From an uncultured delta proteobacterium (GTDB lineage Bacteria; Desulfobacterota; Desulfomonilia; UBA1062), in the NCBI GenBank assembly GCA_963785235.1, contig CAWAUM010000010.1:1-64000 (forward strand): 64,000 nucleotides of DNA, written 5' to 3'. Both the position numbers and the translations under genes were made by a program. Of the stretch, positions 29,605 through 40,216 are shown one piece after another. The notes beneath the pieces are model-generated. The model made no database searches. It worked only from the letters and a program-made list of their open reading frames with translations, and was not told where the DNA came from. How positions within the stretch are numbered: the stretch's first letter is position 1; every line of letters starts with the position of its first letter.

Positions 29605-29708
29605 CATTCATATTCATAGGTATCGGCGCTGTTTCTTTCATTGCCATAGCTGCCCGCTTTGCATCAAAAGTGAGCGTAAAACAGCCTGAAGCTTCCCGCG
29701 TGAAGTAG
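29601..29708 (+). CDS. 35-aa single-TM microprotein
   Basis: Not in the track. ATGA overlap with the previous gene, AGGAG RBS, MTFIFIGIGAVSFIAIAARFASKVSVKQPEASRVK*. Confidence 0.55.
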   Translation: MTFIFIGIGAVSFIAIAARFASKVSVKQPEASRVK

Positions 29709-29747
29709 TACCCCTTTTCCCCATCCTGGAGCTTTCTTCCGAACTCC

Positions 29748-29790
29748 AAGGGGGGAGGCCTCTTTTGAGACCTCCCCCCTTATGTGTTTT
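29748..29790 (+). terminator. Intrinsic terminator closing the small-protein operon
   Basis: AAGGGGGGAGGCCTC-TTTT-GAGACCTCCCCCCTT then ATGTGTTTT. Confidence 0.6.
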
Positions 29791-29885
29791 CAAGAAATAA
29801 TTTTCTGCAACACAAATGAATTTCATTTGACGCAGCAACCCTGCTTCGCTTAGTCTCGATCGAAAGTATCTTCTCAGGGGGTGTC

Positions 29886-30461
29886 ATGATATCTCGTGTT
29901 GATCATGTAGCCATTGCAGTAAAGGATTACGACAAGGCTTTAAGCTTCTTTGCCAAGGTCTTAGGTGCCGTACCCGGATCATCCGGGAAGGACCCTGGTA
30001 TGAAGTACTACTGGGAGAACCTCTGCCTGGGGGACCTCAGCAGGCTCGAACTTATCACCCCTACTGGGACCGGCAGTTTCCTGGACAGCTTTCTGAAGGA
30101 TAAACAAGGTGGCGTACACCATGTAACCCTGCAGACTCAGAGCATCCAGAGGGCAAAAGAGGCCCTTGAGAAAAACAACATACCCTACTTTGGATTCAAT
30201 GATTATGGTTCTGTATGGAAAGAACTCTTCATCCACCCACGATATGCCTTTGGCGTCCTTCTCCAGATCGCCGAATTCAATGCAGACGACTGGCTTGCGC
30301 CATCGGTCAGAATGCCCGGCAACACACCCTTGAAGCTTGATAAGACAGAAAAAGGTATTGCACTCAAATTCGCCCATCCCGGCGGGGGAACGGTTAACAT
30401 ATCTTTAGACAGGGATGAGGCCAGGCATCTCCTCGATGAATTGAAACAGACGCTTGAATAA
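29886..30461 (+). CDS. VOC-family protein (methylmalonyl-CoA epimerase-like) with a C-terminal extension
   Basis: DHVAIAV, RLELI.P, FL....GGVHHV, F.HP....GVLLQ. Confidence 0.75.
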   Translation: MISRVDHVAIAVKDYDKALSFFAKVLGAVPGSSGKDPGMKYYWENLCLGDLSRLELITPTGTGSFLDSFLKDKQGGVHHVTLQTQSIQRAKEALEKNNIPYFGFNDYGSVWKELFIHPRYAFGVLLQIAEFNADDWLAPSVRMPGNTPLKLDKTEKGIALKFAHPGGGTVNISLDRDEARHLLDELKQTLE

Positions 30462-30471
30462 GGCCCTGCAC

Positions 30472-31863
30472 ATGAACGTTCTGATCCATATGGACAATGC
30501 CATCAGGATCTTTGAGGCAGACCTGCCAGAGCAGGCCGTGCAGGCCATAGAGGCTGATCTGACACTGCCCAATCCCAAATGGGAGCAGGTGGAAACCTAC
30601 AGCCGCAGCCGCAGGAGAAACTTCCAACCCGAATTCATCAGGTTTTTTAAAAGAAAGAGCGGTGTGCTCATCATGCCCAGGGGTTACATCCACACACTCC
30701 GCCTCCGGTTGAAAGAAGTCGCCTACACCATCGTGGACAAGACCCGCTTGTTGCCCCCTGTTTCTTTCACATTCAAACCAACACTGCACCCCTACCAGGT
30801 CTCGGCGGTAAAAGACGTCATGGGCAGGAGGTTCGGGGTTCTGGAGGCGCCACCCGGTGCAGGCAAGACCGTTATGGCCCTTGCCGTTATTGCCCAGCGC
30901 CGTCAGAGGGCCCTGGTGATCGTACACACCAAAGAGCTCATGTACCAGTGGCACAAACGCTCATGCGAATTCCTTGATATTCCGGAAGACTCCATAGGCC
31001 TCATGGGCGATGGAAACAACCGTATGGGCGACAAGCTCACCATTGCCATCATCAACTCGCTCTATAAGGTGATTGATGACGTCAAGCCTGCAATCGGCCA
31101 CCTTGTGGTGGACGAGTGCCACCACACACCGTCACGCACCTTTACCGAAGCGGTGAGCGTATTCGACAGCGCCTTCATGCTGGGGCTTTCGGCCACGCCC
31201 TACCGAAGGGACAAACTGACCAAGATCATCTACTTCTACCTGGGTGACCGGGCACACCAGATCAATTCCCATGAGCTCCAGGCCCTTGACAAGATCATGA
31301 GGGCCAAGCTCATTGTCCGCCACACCAATTGCGCCTACTTCTTCGATGCGGACGAATACCAGTACATGATCTCGGCCCTGGTCAACGATGCAAAAAGGAA
31401 CAAGCTCATCGTGGAAGATGTGGTAAAGCGGGCCTGCACACCGGAAAGCGGGATTGCCCTTGTCATCTCGGACCGCGTCTCTCACTGCAAAGAGCTCTTC
31501 AATGCCATCTCCCACCGAGGCGTCAAGGCATGCCTGCTCACCGGTTCGGTGCATGCCAGGGAACGTGCCAGGATTGTGGAGGAGCTCAACTGCAACCAGG
31601 CAAAGGTCCTGGTGGCTACGGCGCAGCTCATCGGTGAAGGGTTCGACCTCAAACAGCTCTCATCTATCTTCATGGCCACGCCGGTCAAATTCACCGGCAG
31701 GGTCAAGCAGTACATCGGCCGCATCCTGCGCGTGACCAAAGGCAAACAGGATGCACTGATCTTCGATTATCTCGATACGAACGGCATGCTCAAAAACAGT
31801 TTTCAGTCCCGCATGTCAGCATACTATGACCTGGGCGTGAAGCTGGATTCCGTAAAAGACTAA
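30472..31863 (+). CDS. SF2 DExH helicase (ResIII/Rad25-like)
   Basis: L.PYQ, APPGAGKT, VVDECHH, GLSATPYRRD, EGFD, QYIGRILR. Confidence 0.9.
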   Translation: MNVLIHMDNAIRIFEADLPEQAVQAIEADLTLPNPKWEQVETYSRSRRRNFQPEFIRFFKRKSGVLIMPRGYIHTLRLRLKEVAYTIVDKTRLLPPVSFTFKPTLHPYQVSAVKDVMGRRFGVLEAPPGAGKTVMALAVIAQRRQRALVIVHTKELMYQWHKRSCEFLDIPEDSIGLMGDGNNRMGDKLTIAIINSLYKVIDDVKPAIGHLVVDECHHTPSRTFTEAVSVFDSAFMLGLSATPYRRDKLTKIIYFYLGDRAHQINSHELQALDKIMRAKLIVRHTNCAYFFDADEYQYMISALVNDAKRNKLIVEDVVKRACTPESGIALVISDRVSHCKELFNAISHRGVKACLLTGSVHARERARIVEELNCNQAKVLVATAQLIGEGFDLKQLSSIFMATPVKFTGRVKQYIGRILRVTKGKQDALIFDYLDTNGMLKNSFQSRMSAYYDLGVKLDSVKD

Positions 31864-31869
31864 AGAATG

Positions 31870-32430
31870 TTATCCCCCGAATGATCTCTCGAACAATTCA
31901 GTGATTGCCTTCTTGCCGTTCTCTTCGAGAAAGCGTGTCCCCGTGCCTGTGAAATGGATGTGGCTGATGACCGGCTCGTATCCTTTCTCAAGTTCAACCC
32001 AGTCCACCTGGTTCCAGTAAAACCATGAATTGCGTTTCTGATCGAACACGAATAAAGGCTTGTTGCAGAGCTTGGCAAGCTCCGCGCCCCATCCTGTGCC
32101 GCCCTTTACGGTCTTGTCATCCAGGATCTCTCCGATCACATAAATCTCCTGTCCGCTGTTCACCTGATACCAGATGCTCTGCAAGACCTTTCGGATAGTC
32201 TGGTTTGTCGTGAACCTGCGATTCATCAATCGCGAGATATATTCCAGGCTCACATCGCCATTTTTCATCTCTTCATGATTCAGGACGCGCAGTCCCCTGC
32301 CGCGGACTATGCTGTGTCCTTCAAAGGTGAAGTTCACTTCTTCTATTCCATAACGCTCTGCGTTGGCACCAAACTCTGCCTCGGCGCCTTTGATCCCGCC
32401 GCTGAAAAGTATTGTCTCTTCTTTCTTCAT
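31870..32430 (-). CDS. Conserved hypothetical protein, possibly SLOG-like fold
   Basis: LFSGG..GAE..FG, KGGTGW..E.A.....PLFVFD, F.G.GTR. Fold assignment is by motif resemblance only. Confidence 0.6.
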   Translation of the reverse strand: MKKEETILFSGGIKGAEAEFGANAERYGIEEVNFTFEGHSIVRGRGLRVLNHEEMKNGDVSLEYISRLMNRRFTTNQTIRKVLQSIWYQVNSGQEIYVIGEILDDKTVKGGTGWGAELAKLCNKPLFVFDQKRNSWFYWNQVDWVELEKGYEPVISHIHFTGTGTRFLEENGKKAITELFERSFGG

Positions 32431-32630
32431 ATTCATTCCTTTCTTCAGGCCCTGTATGTTTTTACCCTGGATGAAGCCCAGGTATAGCTTCAGGCAGGTT
32501 TTACGAAGAACTGTTGCCTCTAGCATGCCCATCCATGTTTTAGAAGTATTATTTTCTTAATAGAAGTAATGACCTTTCATTAAATTGCAAGAATTGATAT
32601 AAGGGAACGATTGCAATTGAAAGGGCATCC

Positions 32631-34975
32631 ATGAAAAAGATCGTCCATTTCTGTATTGATCACCCATATTGGGTCCTGGGGATACTAGCGGTCATCACCC
32701 TCTTCTTTGCCCTCCAGATACCGAAGATCAAGATGGATTCGCGCGTCGAGGTCATGCTCAGGCATAATCACCCCGCAGTCAAGGTGTTCATCGAGAACAA
32801 GGAATCCTTTGACCAGTATTCGAATATCGTTGTGGGCATGCTGCACACCGATATCTATAATCCAAGCTCCCTGGAAAAGCTCCACAAGGTGACCCAGGAG
32901 ATAAGGCAGATAAAGGGTATAAAGAAGGTCACGTGCCTCTTGAATGCGAAGTACATCCAGGGCAGCGAATCGGGCCTGAATGTGTCACCCCTTGTCAAGG
33001 AAGGCTCTGTTCCCCAAACACCTGAAGAGATTGCCGCGTTGAAGGCCAAGGTCGACTCGTGGGACGTATACAAGGGTGCGCTCGTTACAAAGGACAACAA
33101 AGGGACAGCCATATCCATCGTGCTCGACAACAACATCGAGACGATCCAGATCATCCCCATGTACTTTACCATGGCAGGTATCCTGAAAAAATACGAAGGC
33201 CCGGAGAAATTCTTCATATCGGGCACCAAGGTCCTGGAGGCGCTCCAGAGCCACTACATGATCAAGGACCTCATCTTCCTGCCCCCCCTGGTGACCGTAG
33301 TCCTCCTCATATGCCTCTTCTTCTTTTTCAGGAATTTCAGCGGCATGCTCCTGCCCCTGCTCTCGGTGGGTATCGCCTGCCTGTGGACCTTCGGCATGAT
33401 GGCCCTGGCGAAGATCCCGCTGACCATGATCTCCACTGCCATGCCCGTGGCGCTCATGGCAGTGGGTGTGGGGTATGGAGTCCATGTGGTGGAGAATGTC
33501 TTTGCCGACTCGTCCGCAGGGAAAAAGGGCAAGTCCGAGATGAAGATCACCCTCATGAGGATAGCCATCCCGGTCGTCATCGCCGGCCTCACCGAGCTCA
33601 CCAGCTTCCTGTCCCTGTGCTCGTGGTGGGTTGTACCCCTGACCCAGTTCGGCATGTCATCCGCCTTCGGGTTCACCTGCGCCATGGTGCTCGTGCTCAC
33701 CTTTATCCCCGCTGATCCTGTCGCTGACCGACCGCGAAGACAAGATATATACCGCCCACCACCACACCAGGACCGACATTGTTGGCCCGATCCTGAAGCG
33801 TCTCTCCTACATAAGCCTCCACAAGAAGGGGTGGGTCTTCGCGATCTCCCTGGTGGTCTTCATTGCATCCTTCATGATGGGCAGGCACGTGAGGAGCGAC
33901 ATGAACCTGGCGGAAAACTTCAAGGAACGCAGCCCCATCAGATACGCGGACAAGATCCTGAACGACAATTTCGGGGGCACATCTCAGTACAACGTGGTCT
34001 TCAAGGGGAAGCAGGCAGACGATATCAAGGACCCTGCGGTGCTGAGGGCCATGGACAAACTCCAGAACGAGCTGAAGGGGATCGACGGGGTCGGCAAGGT
34101 TGTATCCGTTGTGGATTTCATCAAGCGGATGAACCAGTCCATGAATGGCGGCGACCCTGCCTTTTATACCATACCCGACTCCAAGGACCTTGTGGCCCAG
34201 TACCTGCTCCTCTATTCCTTTTCCGGCGGCGGCGATGAACTGGACACCTTTGTCACCTACGATTTCAAGGATGGGCAGATCCTGCTCCAGATGAAGTCCC
34301 AGAGCAGCTATCTGACACAGGATGTAGTTGATACGGTCAAGAGATTCGAAGACAAGGAGCAAGGGGATCCCCCAGGTGTCAGGGATCATTACTACAGGCC
34401 TTGCAATGCTCGCAAAAGAGTTCAACAAGGTTGTTGTTACGAGCCAGATCCAGAGCTTCATCTTCTCCTTCACCCTGTGCTTCTTCGTAACCGTGGGGAT
34501 CTTCCGCTCATTCAGGCTGGGTATCTACAGCATGGTGCCGCTCCTCATCCCCATTACCCTTGATTTCGGGCTCATGGGGTCTACAGGCATAAAGCTCAAT
34601 GCCGCAACCGCGACGGTAGCGAGCATCGATATCGGCCTGGGGATCGACTACTGCATCCATTTCCTTTCCAGATACCGTCATGAGATAAAGCTCGGCCGGT
34701 CAGTGGATGAGGCCATAGATTTCACCATGAACAGTGCAGGCAGGGCCATCATTTACAATGCCCTGGCCATCTCTGCAGGGTTCCTGGTCCTGGTGCCTTC
34801 TCAATTTTCGGTCATCTCCCAGATGGGCATCCTCGTGGCCGTGGATATGCTGACCATCGCCCTGTCTGCCCTTACCTTCCTGCCTGCCTGCATCAAGCTC
34901 TTTCCCCCGAAGATCCTCAAAGACACCTCGGATAAATACGTGGCCATAGACCCCTTGATGGAAGAACCCGGATAG
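32631..34975 (+). CDS. MMPL/RND-family transporter, split by indels near 33713 and 34363
   Basis: Two repeats of periplasmic loop plus TM bundle; G.G..Y..H and GLGIDYCIHF motifs. Confidence 0.85.
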
Positions 34976-35023
34976 GCTATCAAGGTAAGTATGACTTTAA
35001 CGAGATGGATGGAGGCATGAACC

Positions 35024-36395
35024 GTGAACCTAGATCCGTTAATCCTCTCCCGCATCCAATTCGCCTTTACCGTCTCCTTTCATATAATCTTTCCTTCCAT
35101 AACCATCGGATTATCCATATGGCTGGCGCTGCTTGAAGGGCTGCATCTGTCGACCGGCAACTCTCTCTACCAGAGGCTCTTCGATTTCTGGCTGAAGATC
35201 TTTGCGATCCTGTTCGCCATGGGTGTTGTCACCGGCATAGTCATGGCATTCCAGTTCGGCACCAACTGGAGCGTGATGTCGTCAAAGGCAGGATCCGTCA
35301 TGGGGCCCCTGCTCGGGTATGAGACCTTCACGGCATTCTTGCTCGAGGCGACTTTCCTCGGTGTTGTCCTCTACGGCCGCAACCGCGTGGCGCCGTGGTT
35401 CTATTTCTTTTCGTGCTGCATGCTGGCCTTTGGGGCAGTCCTGTCGTCCTTCTGGATACTGTGCAACAACAGCTGGATGCAGGTGCCGGTAGGTTATGAA
35501 ATCATTGACAGGCAAAATCGTGCCCACCGACTGGAAGGCAATCGTCTTTGGGCCCACCTTCATTGCCCGCTGGATTCACATGCTCCTGGCCTCATTGCTG
35601 ACCACCACCATGTGCATCATCGCTGCCGGGGCGTTCTACCTTCTCCGGGGTGTTCACCGCCAGGAGGCCCGGTTCATGATGAAATGGGGACTGGCTGTTA
35701 CCGCCATCCTCATCGTCACCCAGATCATCATCGGAGACATCAACGGCAAGCACATGTACACCTACCAGCCGGCCAAATTCGCGGCCGTTGAGGCCCGCTG
35801 GCAGCCGGAACACCCGGGCAGGCAACTGTGGTTCGCCATCCCTGACGAAAAGAACGAAAGGAACCTCTTCGAGATCACCACACCTTACCTCGGAAGCTGG
35901 TTCGCCACAGGAAGCTGGAGCGCACCTGTATCCGGGCTCAGCGATTTTCCCAAGCAGGACCACCCCCCGGTGCTCATCGTGTTTTTTGCCTTCCGTGCCA
36001 TGGTGGGCATCGGCCTTTTCATGCTTGGCATCAGCCTGTTGGGCCTGTTCCTGCTCGCCAGGGGGGGGCTTGAAACCTCGCGCTGGTTCCTCTGGGCCTC
36101 GTGCCTGGCCTTCCCGTCCGGATTTCTGGCCGTTCTCCTGGGCTGGTTCACCACAGAAATAGGGCGCCAGCCCTGGGTGGTATACGGCCTTCTGCGCACA
36201 TCCGACACGCTGACCCCGACACTGACCGGGGCAAACGTTCTCACCACCCTCATTGGCTATGCGATTGTATACTCCATGATCTTTTTCCCTGGGGCCTTCT
36301 CTGTTTATGGCCTGCTTCTCCAAGGACCAACTGGAGCTGAAGCTCATATCACGGCTGACGCAGTAACAGCCGGCACCACTAAGGCAAAGGAGTAA
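35024..36395 (+). CDS. cydA: Cytochrome bd quinol oxidase subunit I, short Q-loop (CIO-like); frameshift near 35510
   Basis: LSRIQFAFT..FHI.FP, GVVTG..M.FQFGTNW, QPAK.AA.E, FRAMVG, GW.TTE.GRQPW. Confidence 0.93.
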
Positions 36396-36396
36396 T

Positions 36397-37380
36397 GTGA
36401 TGGGCGCAACCTGGCTTCCTGTCTTCTGGGCATCTCTGATTGCCTTTGCCATGCTCTTTTATGTCATTCTTGACGGTTATGACCTTGGAATCGGCATCCT
36501 GTCGGGCACTACCCGGGATGAGGATTTCAAGGATACCATGATGAGCGCCATCGCCCCATTCTGGAACGGAAACGAAGTCTGGTTAGTCCTCATCGGGGCC
36601 GGTCTCTTTGCAGTCTTTCCCATGGTCTATGCAATTTTTCTTCCCGCCTTCTACCTGCCCATGGCCCTTATGCTTATTGGGCTGATCTTCCGAGGTATCT
36701 CATTCGAATTCCGTTATCATGCAGGGCGCTACAGACGTTTCTGGGACTGGGGGTTCTGTTTCGGCTCCTTCATGGTAAGCCTTGTTCAAGGGATAGCCAT
36801 GGGAAGGATGGTCCAGGGGATCAGCGTTGTTAACGGGCAATATGCAGGGGGTGCATTCGACTGGCTGACTCCATTTTCTTTGTTCTGCGGTGTGGGTCTG
36901 GTAATCGGATATACGCTACTTGGTGCGGCCTGGCTGGTCTTCAAGACACAAGGCGATATACGCGATTGGGCCTATGACCAGTTGGGTTGGCTTCTTGCAG
37001 GGGTCCTTCTGGTTCTTGTGGTCGTCTTTGCCTACACCCTTGCCATCCATCCTCGTGTGCGGGATCGCTTTTTTGAAGACATGTGGCTTATGATATTCCC
37101 GCTGATCATAGTCCTTTCATCCATCAGCCTGTGGACAGGGGTAAAGAGAAGGCTTGATTGGGTCCCATACGGGATGGCCGTTGTCATCTTCTTTGCCGCA
37201 TTCCTGGCCCTGGAGGCCAGCTTCTGGCCTTATCTGATTCCATTCACCGTTACGATTGAAACGGCAGCGGCCCCTATAGAGTCGCTTCGATTCCTCTTCT
37301 ATGGGGCAGGGATAGTGCTCTTCCCTGTTATCTTATTCTACACCGGCATGGTTTACTGGATAATGCGGGGAAAGGTTTAA
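36397..37380 (+). CDS. cydB: Cytochrome bd quinol oxidase subunit II
   Basis: Y.ILDGYDLG.GIL, PFWNGNEVWL, LIFRG.SFEFR, Y...RGKV. Confidence 0.93.
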   Translation: MMGATWLPVFWASLIAFAMLFYVILDGYDLGIGILSGTTRDEDFKDTMMSAIAPFWNGNEVWLVLIGAGLFAVFPMVYAIFLPAFYLPMALMLIGLIFRGISFEFRYHAGRYRRFWDWGFCFGSFMVSLVQGIAMGRMVQGISVVNGQYAGGAFDWLTPFSLFCGVGLVIGYTLLGAAWLVFKTQGDIRDWAYDQLGWLLAGVLLVLVVVFAYTLAIHPRVRDRFFEDMWLMIFPLIIVLSSISLWTGVKRRLDWVPYGMAVVIFFAAFLALEASFWPYLIPFTVTIETAAAPIESLRFLFYGAGIVLFPVILFYTGMVYWIMRGKV

Positions 37381-37381
37381 C

Positions 37382-38527
37382 TTGCAAGCGAACCCGCCTC
37401 TTCTTCTTATAGCCGGGGCCGGAGGTGCTACAGGCTCTACCGTTGCCGCCGCCATTGCAGCAATGAAGGAAGACCCTGATAAAATGCTGCCCTGGCTGAC
37501 TACGAGCCACTGGTTTAAGGACCGGGACCTCCTGAGAGGCATGGAACTTGCCGGATGGGATGTAACCCCTCGAACCCTTGGGCAGGCAATCGAGTACCAT
37601 GGGGTTCTCCCCCCTGAGAAATATCTTTCCTGCCTGGAACATCTTGGCAAGTTTCCCATACGCCGCGCACCGGGCAATGATTTACCTCTTCATAAACAGG
37701 TGGAGCACCTCATAAGGGATATCCAAGATTTCAAGGGCCTCTTCCCGGATACCCACCCTGTTCTTGTCAATCTGCTTCCGGCAAGCAGCGTAATGGACCT
37801 TCAGGAATTCAAAGCCATCGATGAAATCTATTCTCAGGCCGATGTGCTGAACTTCCCTGATCTGGCCTATGTCCTTGCTGCCATATCTACAGGCACGCCT
37901 GTCGTGAACTTCACATCAAATTGCATCGAGTTGCCACTGATTGCCCAGGAGGCTCTTAATGCAGGGGTTCCCTTGTGCGGCCGCGACGGGAAGACCGGCC
38001 AGACCTATCTGAAGGTGGTGCTCGCCTCGGCACTGAAGGCACGTGGCCTGCAGGTGGATGGATGGTACAGTCTGAATATCCTTGGTAATGAAGACGGCAG
38101 GAACCTTGCTGACCCCGATAAGGCGGCAGGCAAGATCTCCAATAAAACAGAGCTGCTCGAAGATATTCTGGGATACCGGGTTGGTCATCAATATGGTGCG
38201 CCCTCCCATAAGGTTACAATCGATTATTATCCCCCCCGTGGGGACTGCAAAGAGGCCTGGGATGTCATTGACTTTACCGGGCTGTTCGGCATGCCCATGA
38301 GCCTCAGGTTGAATCTGCAGGCCCGCGACTCTATTCTGGCAGGGCCCATGATCATTGACCTGGCATGGTGGATGGTGGTCGTGCATATGGCCAAACGGCC
38401 CGGCCTGGTGCCGGAGCTGGGATTCTATTTCAAGAAACCCACAGGTGCTAATCCGCCAGTTACCTTTCAGGATCAGCTCGCTGCGCTTCAGAGCCTGGAA
38501 AATGATTGCCGGGAGATAATCCATTGA
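37382..38527 (+). CDS. ino1: Inositol-3-phosphate synthase (MIPS/Ino1) family
   Basis: Rossmann AGAGGATG, G.DGKTGQT..K, YSLNILGN.DG, SNK, IDYYPPRGD.KEAWD, RDSILA.P...DL, FYFKKP. Confidence 0.85.
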   Translation: MQANPPLLLIAGAGGATGSTVAAAIAAMKEDPDKMLPWLTTSHWFKDRDLLRGMELAGWDVTPRTLGQAIEYHGVLPPEKYLSCLEHLGKFPIRRAPGNDLPLHKQVEHLIRDIQDFKGLFPDTHPVLVNLLPASSVMDLQEFKAIDEIYSQADVLNFPDLAYVLAAISTGTPVVNFTSNCIELPLIAQEALNAGVPLCGRDGKTGQTYLKVVLASALKARGLQVDGWYSLNILGNEDGRNLADPDKAAGKISNKTELLEDILGYRVGHQYGAPSHKVTIDYYPPRGDCKEAWDVIDFTGLFGMPMSLRLNLQARDSILAGPMIIDLAWWMVVVHMAKRPGLVPELGFYFKKPTGANPPVTFQDQLAALQSLENDCREIIH

Positions 38528-39396
38528 AACTCGGATACAGCACGAACGCATTCATAAATTATTCATTATTCGATGCAATCGACATGATCGCCAAGCTGGG
38601 TTTCGGCGGGGTAGAAATCATGGCGGACCGCCCCCATCTCTACCCCCAGGACTGGGAGCCGGAAGGCCTCAAACGGCTCAAAAATCTGATTCATGAAAAA
38701 AGACTCCGGATTACCAACCTGAACAGCTTCACCCTGTTCGCCGTGGGCGACACCTACCTTCCCTCCTGGATAGAGCCCATGAAAGAGAGAAGGGAGATCA
38801 GGATCCAACACACCCTTGAATGCCTGAAGCTGGCATCTTATCTGGGGTGCAGCAATATCTCCGTTCCTCCAGGAGGCCCTTTGACCGGCATGTCCCGCAA
38901 GGAGGCCATGACCCTTTTCCATGACGGCATGGAAAGGGTTATACCCCTGGCAGAACAGCTTCAGGTAAAGATCCTTGTGGAACCGGAGCCTGACCTGCTT
39001 CTGGAAAATACCCGGCAGTTCAAGGAATTCATTCAGGAAACAGCATCGAAGTATCTCGGGCTCAATTTCGATATCGGTCATTTCTTCTGCGCCGGTGAAG
39101 ACGTATGCCGGGCCTTTCACGAACTTTTGCCCTGGACGGGGCATGTCCATATTGAAGATATTGCCCATAACCGCCGTCATTACCACCTTATCCCGGGCCT
39201 CGGGGCCATTGATTTTCACAACATCCTCAAGGTCATCCTCAAATCAGGCTATAAGGGTGATATCAGCCTGGAACTCTACACCTATGCGGACATGCCAGTG
39301 GAGGCCGGCCAGGAGAGCCTGAGCTTTCTCCTTCCCCTCTTTCAGGAAGCGGGGTTTGACCTTATGGCCATGCGCAGAGAAAGGCATCAAACATGA
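38524..39396 (+). CDS. Xylose-isomerase-like TIM-barrel enzyme (IolE/AP2Ec superfamily)
   Basis: LGYSTN, GF.GVE, ILVEPEP, NFDIGH, HVHIED, H.IPG.G.IDF, SLELY. TTG start overlaps the ino1 stop. Confidence 0.85.
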   Translation: MKLGYSTNAFINYSLFDAIDMIAKLGFGGVEIMADRPHLYPQDWEPEGLKRLKNLIHEKRLRITNLNSFTLFAVGDTYLPSWIEPMKERREIRIQHTLECLKLASYLGCSNISVPPGGPLTGMSRKEAMTLFHDGMERVIPLAEQLQVKILVEPEPDLLLENTRQFKEFIQETASKYLGLNFDIGHFFCAGEDVCRAFHELLPWTGHVHIEDIAHNRRHYHLIPGLGAIDFHNILKVILKSGYKGDISLELYTYADMPVEAGQESLSFLLPLFQEAGFDLMAMRRERHQT

Positions 39397-40216
39397 AGAA
39401 CAGGAGAATCGTAGCCTTGAAAATTTCAAACCCTCTCAACAATGATTCAAAACTATCTGGAAATGAACCTGATAAAAGAACGGCCTGTTCCGGTTCGCGC
39501 ACGGTTACCTCTCCAGGATAAGGCCCGATACGTTCTCAGGCACTTCACCACCATAGCCAACAAGTATGATTTCATGAATACCATCCTCAGCCTCGGACTC
39601 CACTACCTCTGGAAACGGCTATCCGTAAAGGCCTTGGGGTTGAAAACCGGCGACCGGGTAATCGACGTGTGCGGGGGTACAGGGGATCTTTCGATACTGG
39701 CGGCAAAGGCCATTGGTCCTCATGGACGGGTGACTCTCTATGACATCAACCGCGCCATGATGGAAGGCGGCAAGCCAAAGGTAGCAAAGGCATCGCTTAC
39801 AGAGCGAATCCACTTTGTCCAGGGAGATGCTGAGTTCATGTCTTTCCCCGAAGGTTCTTTTGATGCAGCCATGGTGGGCTTTGGTGTTCGAAACCTCACA
39901 GACATGGACAAAGGCCTTCAAGAGATGTACCGGGTCCTCAAGCCGGGGGGGAAGATGATGTGCCTGGAATTCTCCATACCCACCTCTTTGTGGTTCCGGT
40001 TCCTCTATGATTTCTATTCTTTTCAACTCATGCCCCTGGCGGGCAAACTCCTGGCGGGAAACAGCGAGGCCTATCTCTATCTTCCCGAGTCCATACGGAA
40101 GTTCCCTGCACCGGATGCTTTCGCAGCCAAGATGACGGATACCGGGTTTTACCCGGGTGACCTTCCGAAGGCTTACCAATGGTATTGCGGTTATCTATAT
40201 CGGGGTTAAACAATGA
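39393..40216 (+). CDS. ubiE: UbiE/MenG-family quinone C-methyltransferase; indels near 39513 and 40150
   Basis: F..IA.KYD.MN..LS.GLH..WK, DVCGGTGD, DIN..M, GDAE, FGVRN, RVLKPGG...CLEFS, Y.YL.ESI..FP. Correcting both indels gives ATGA overlaps at both ends. Confidence 0.85.
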
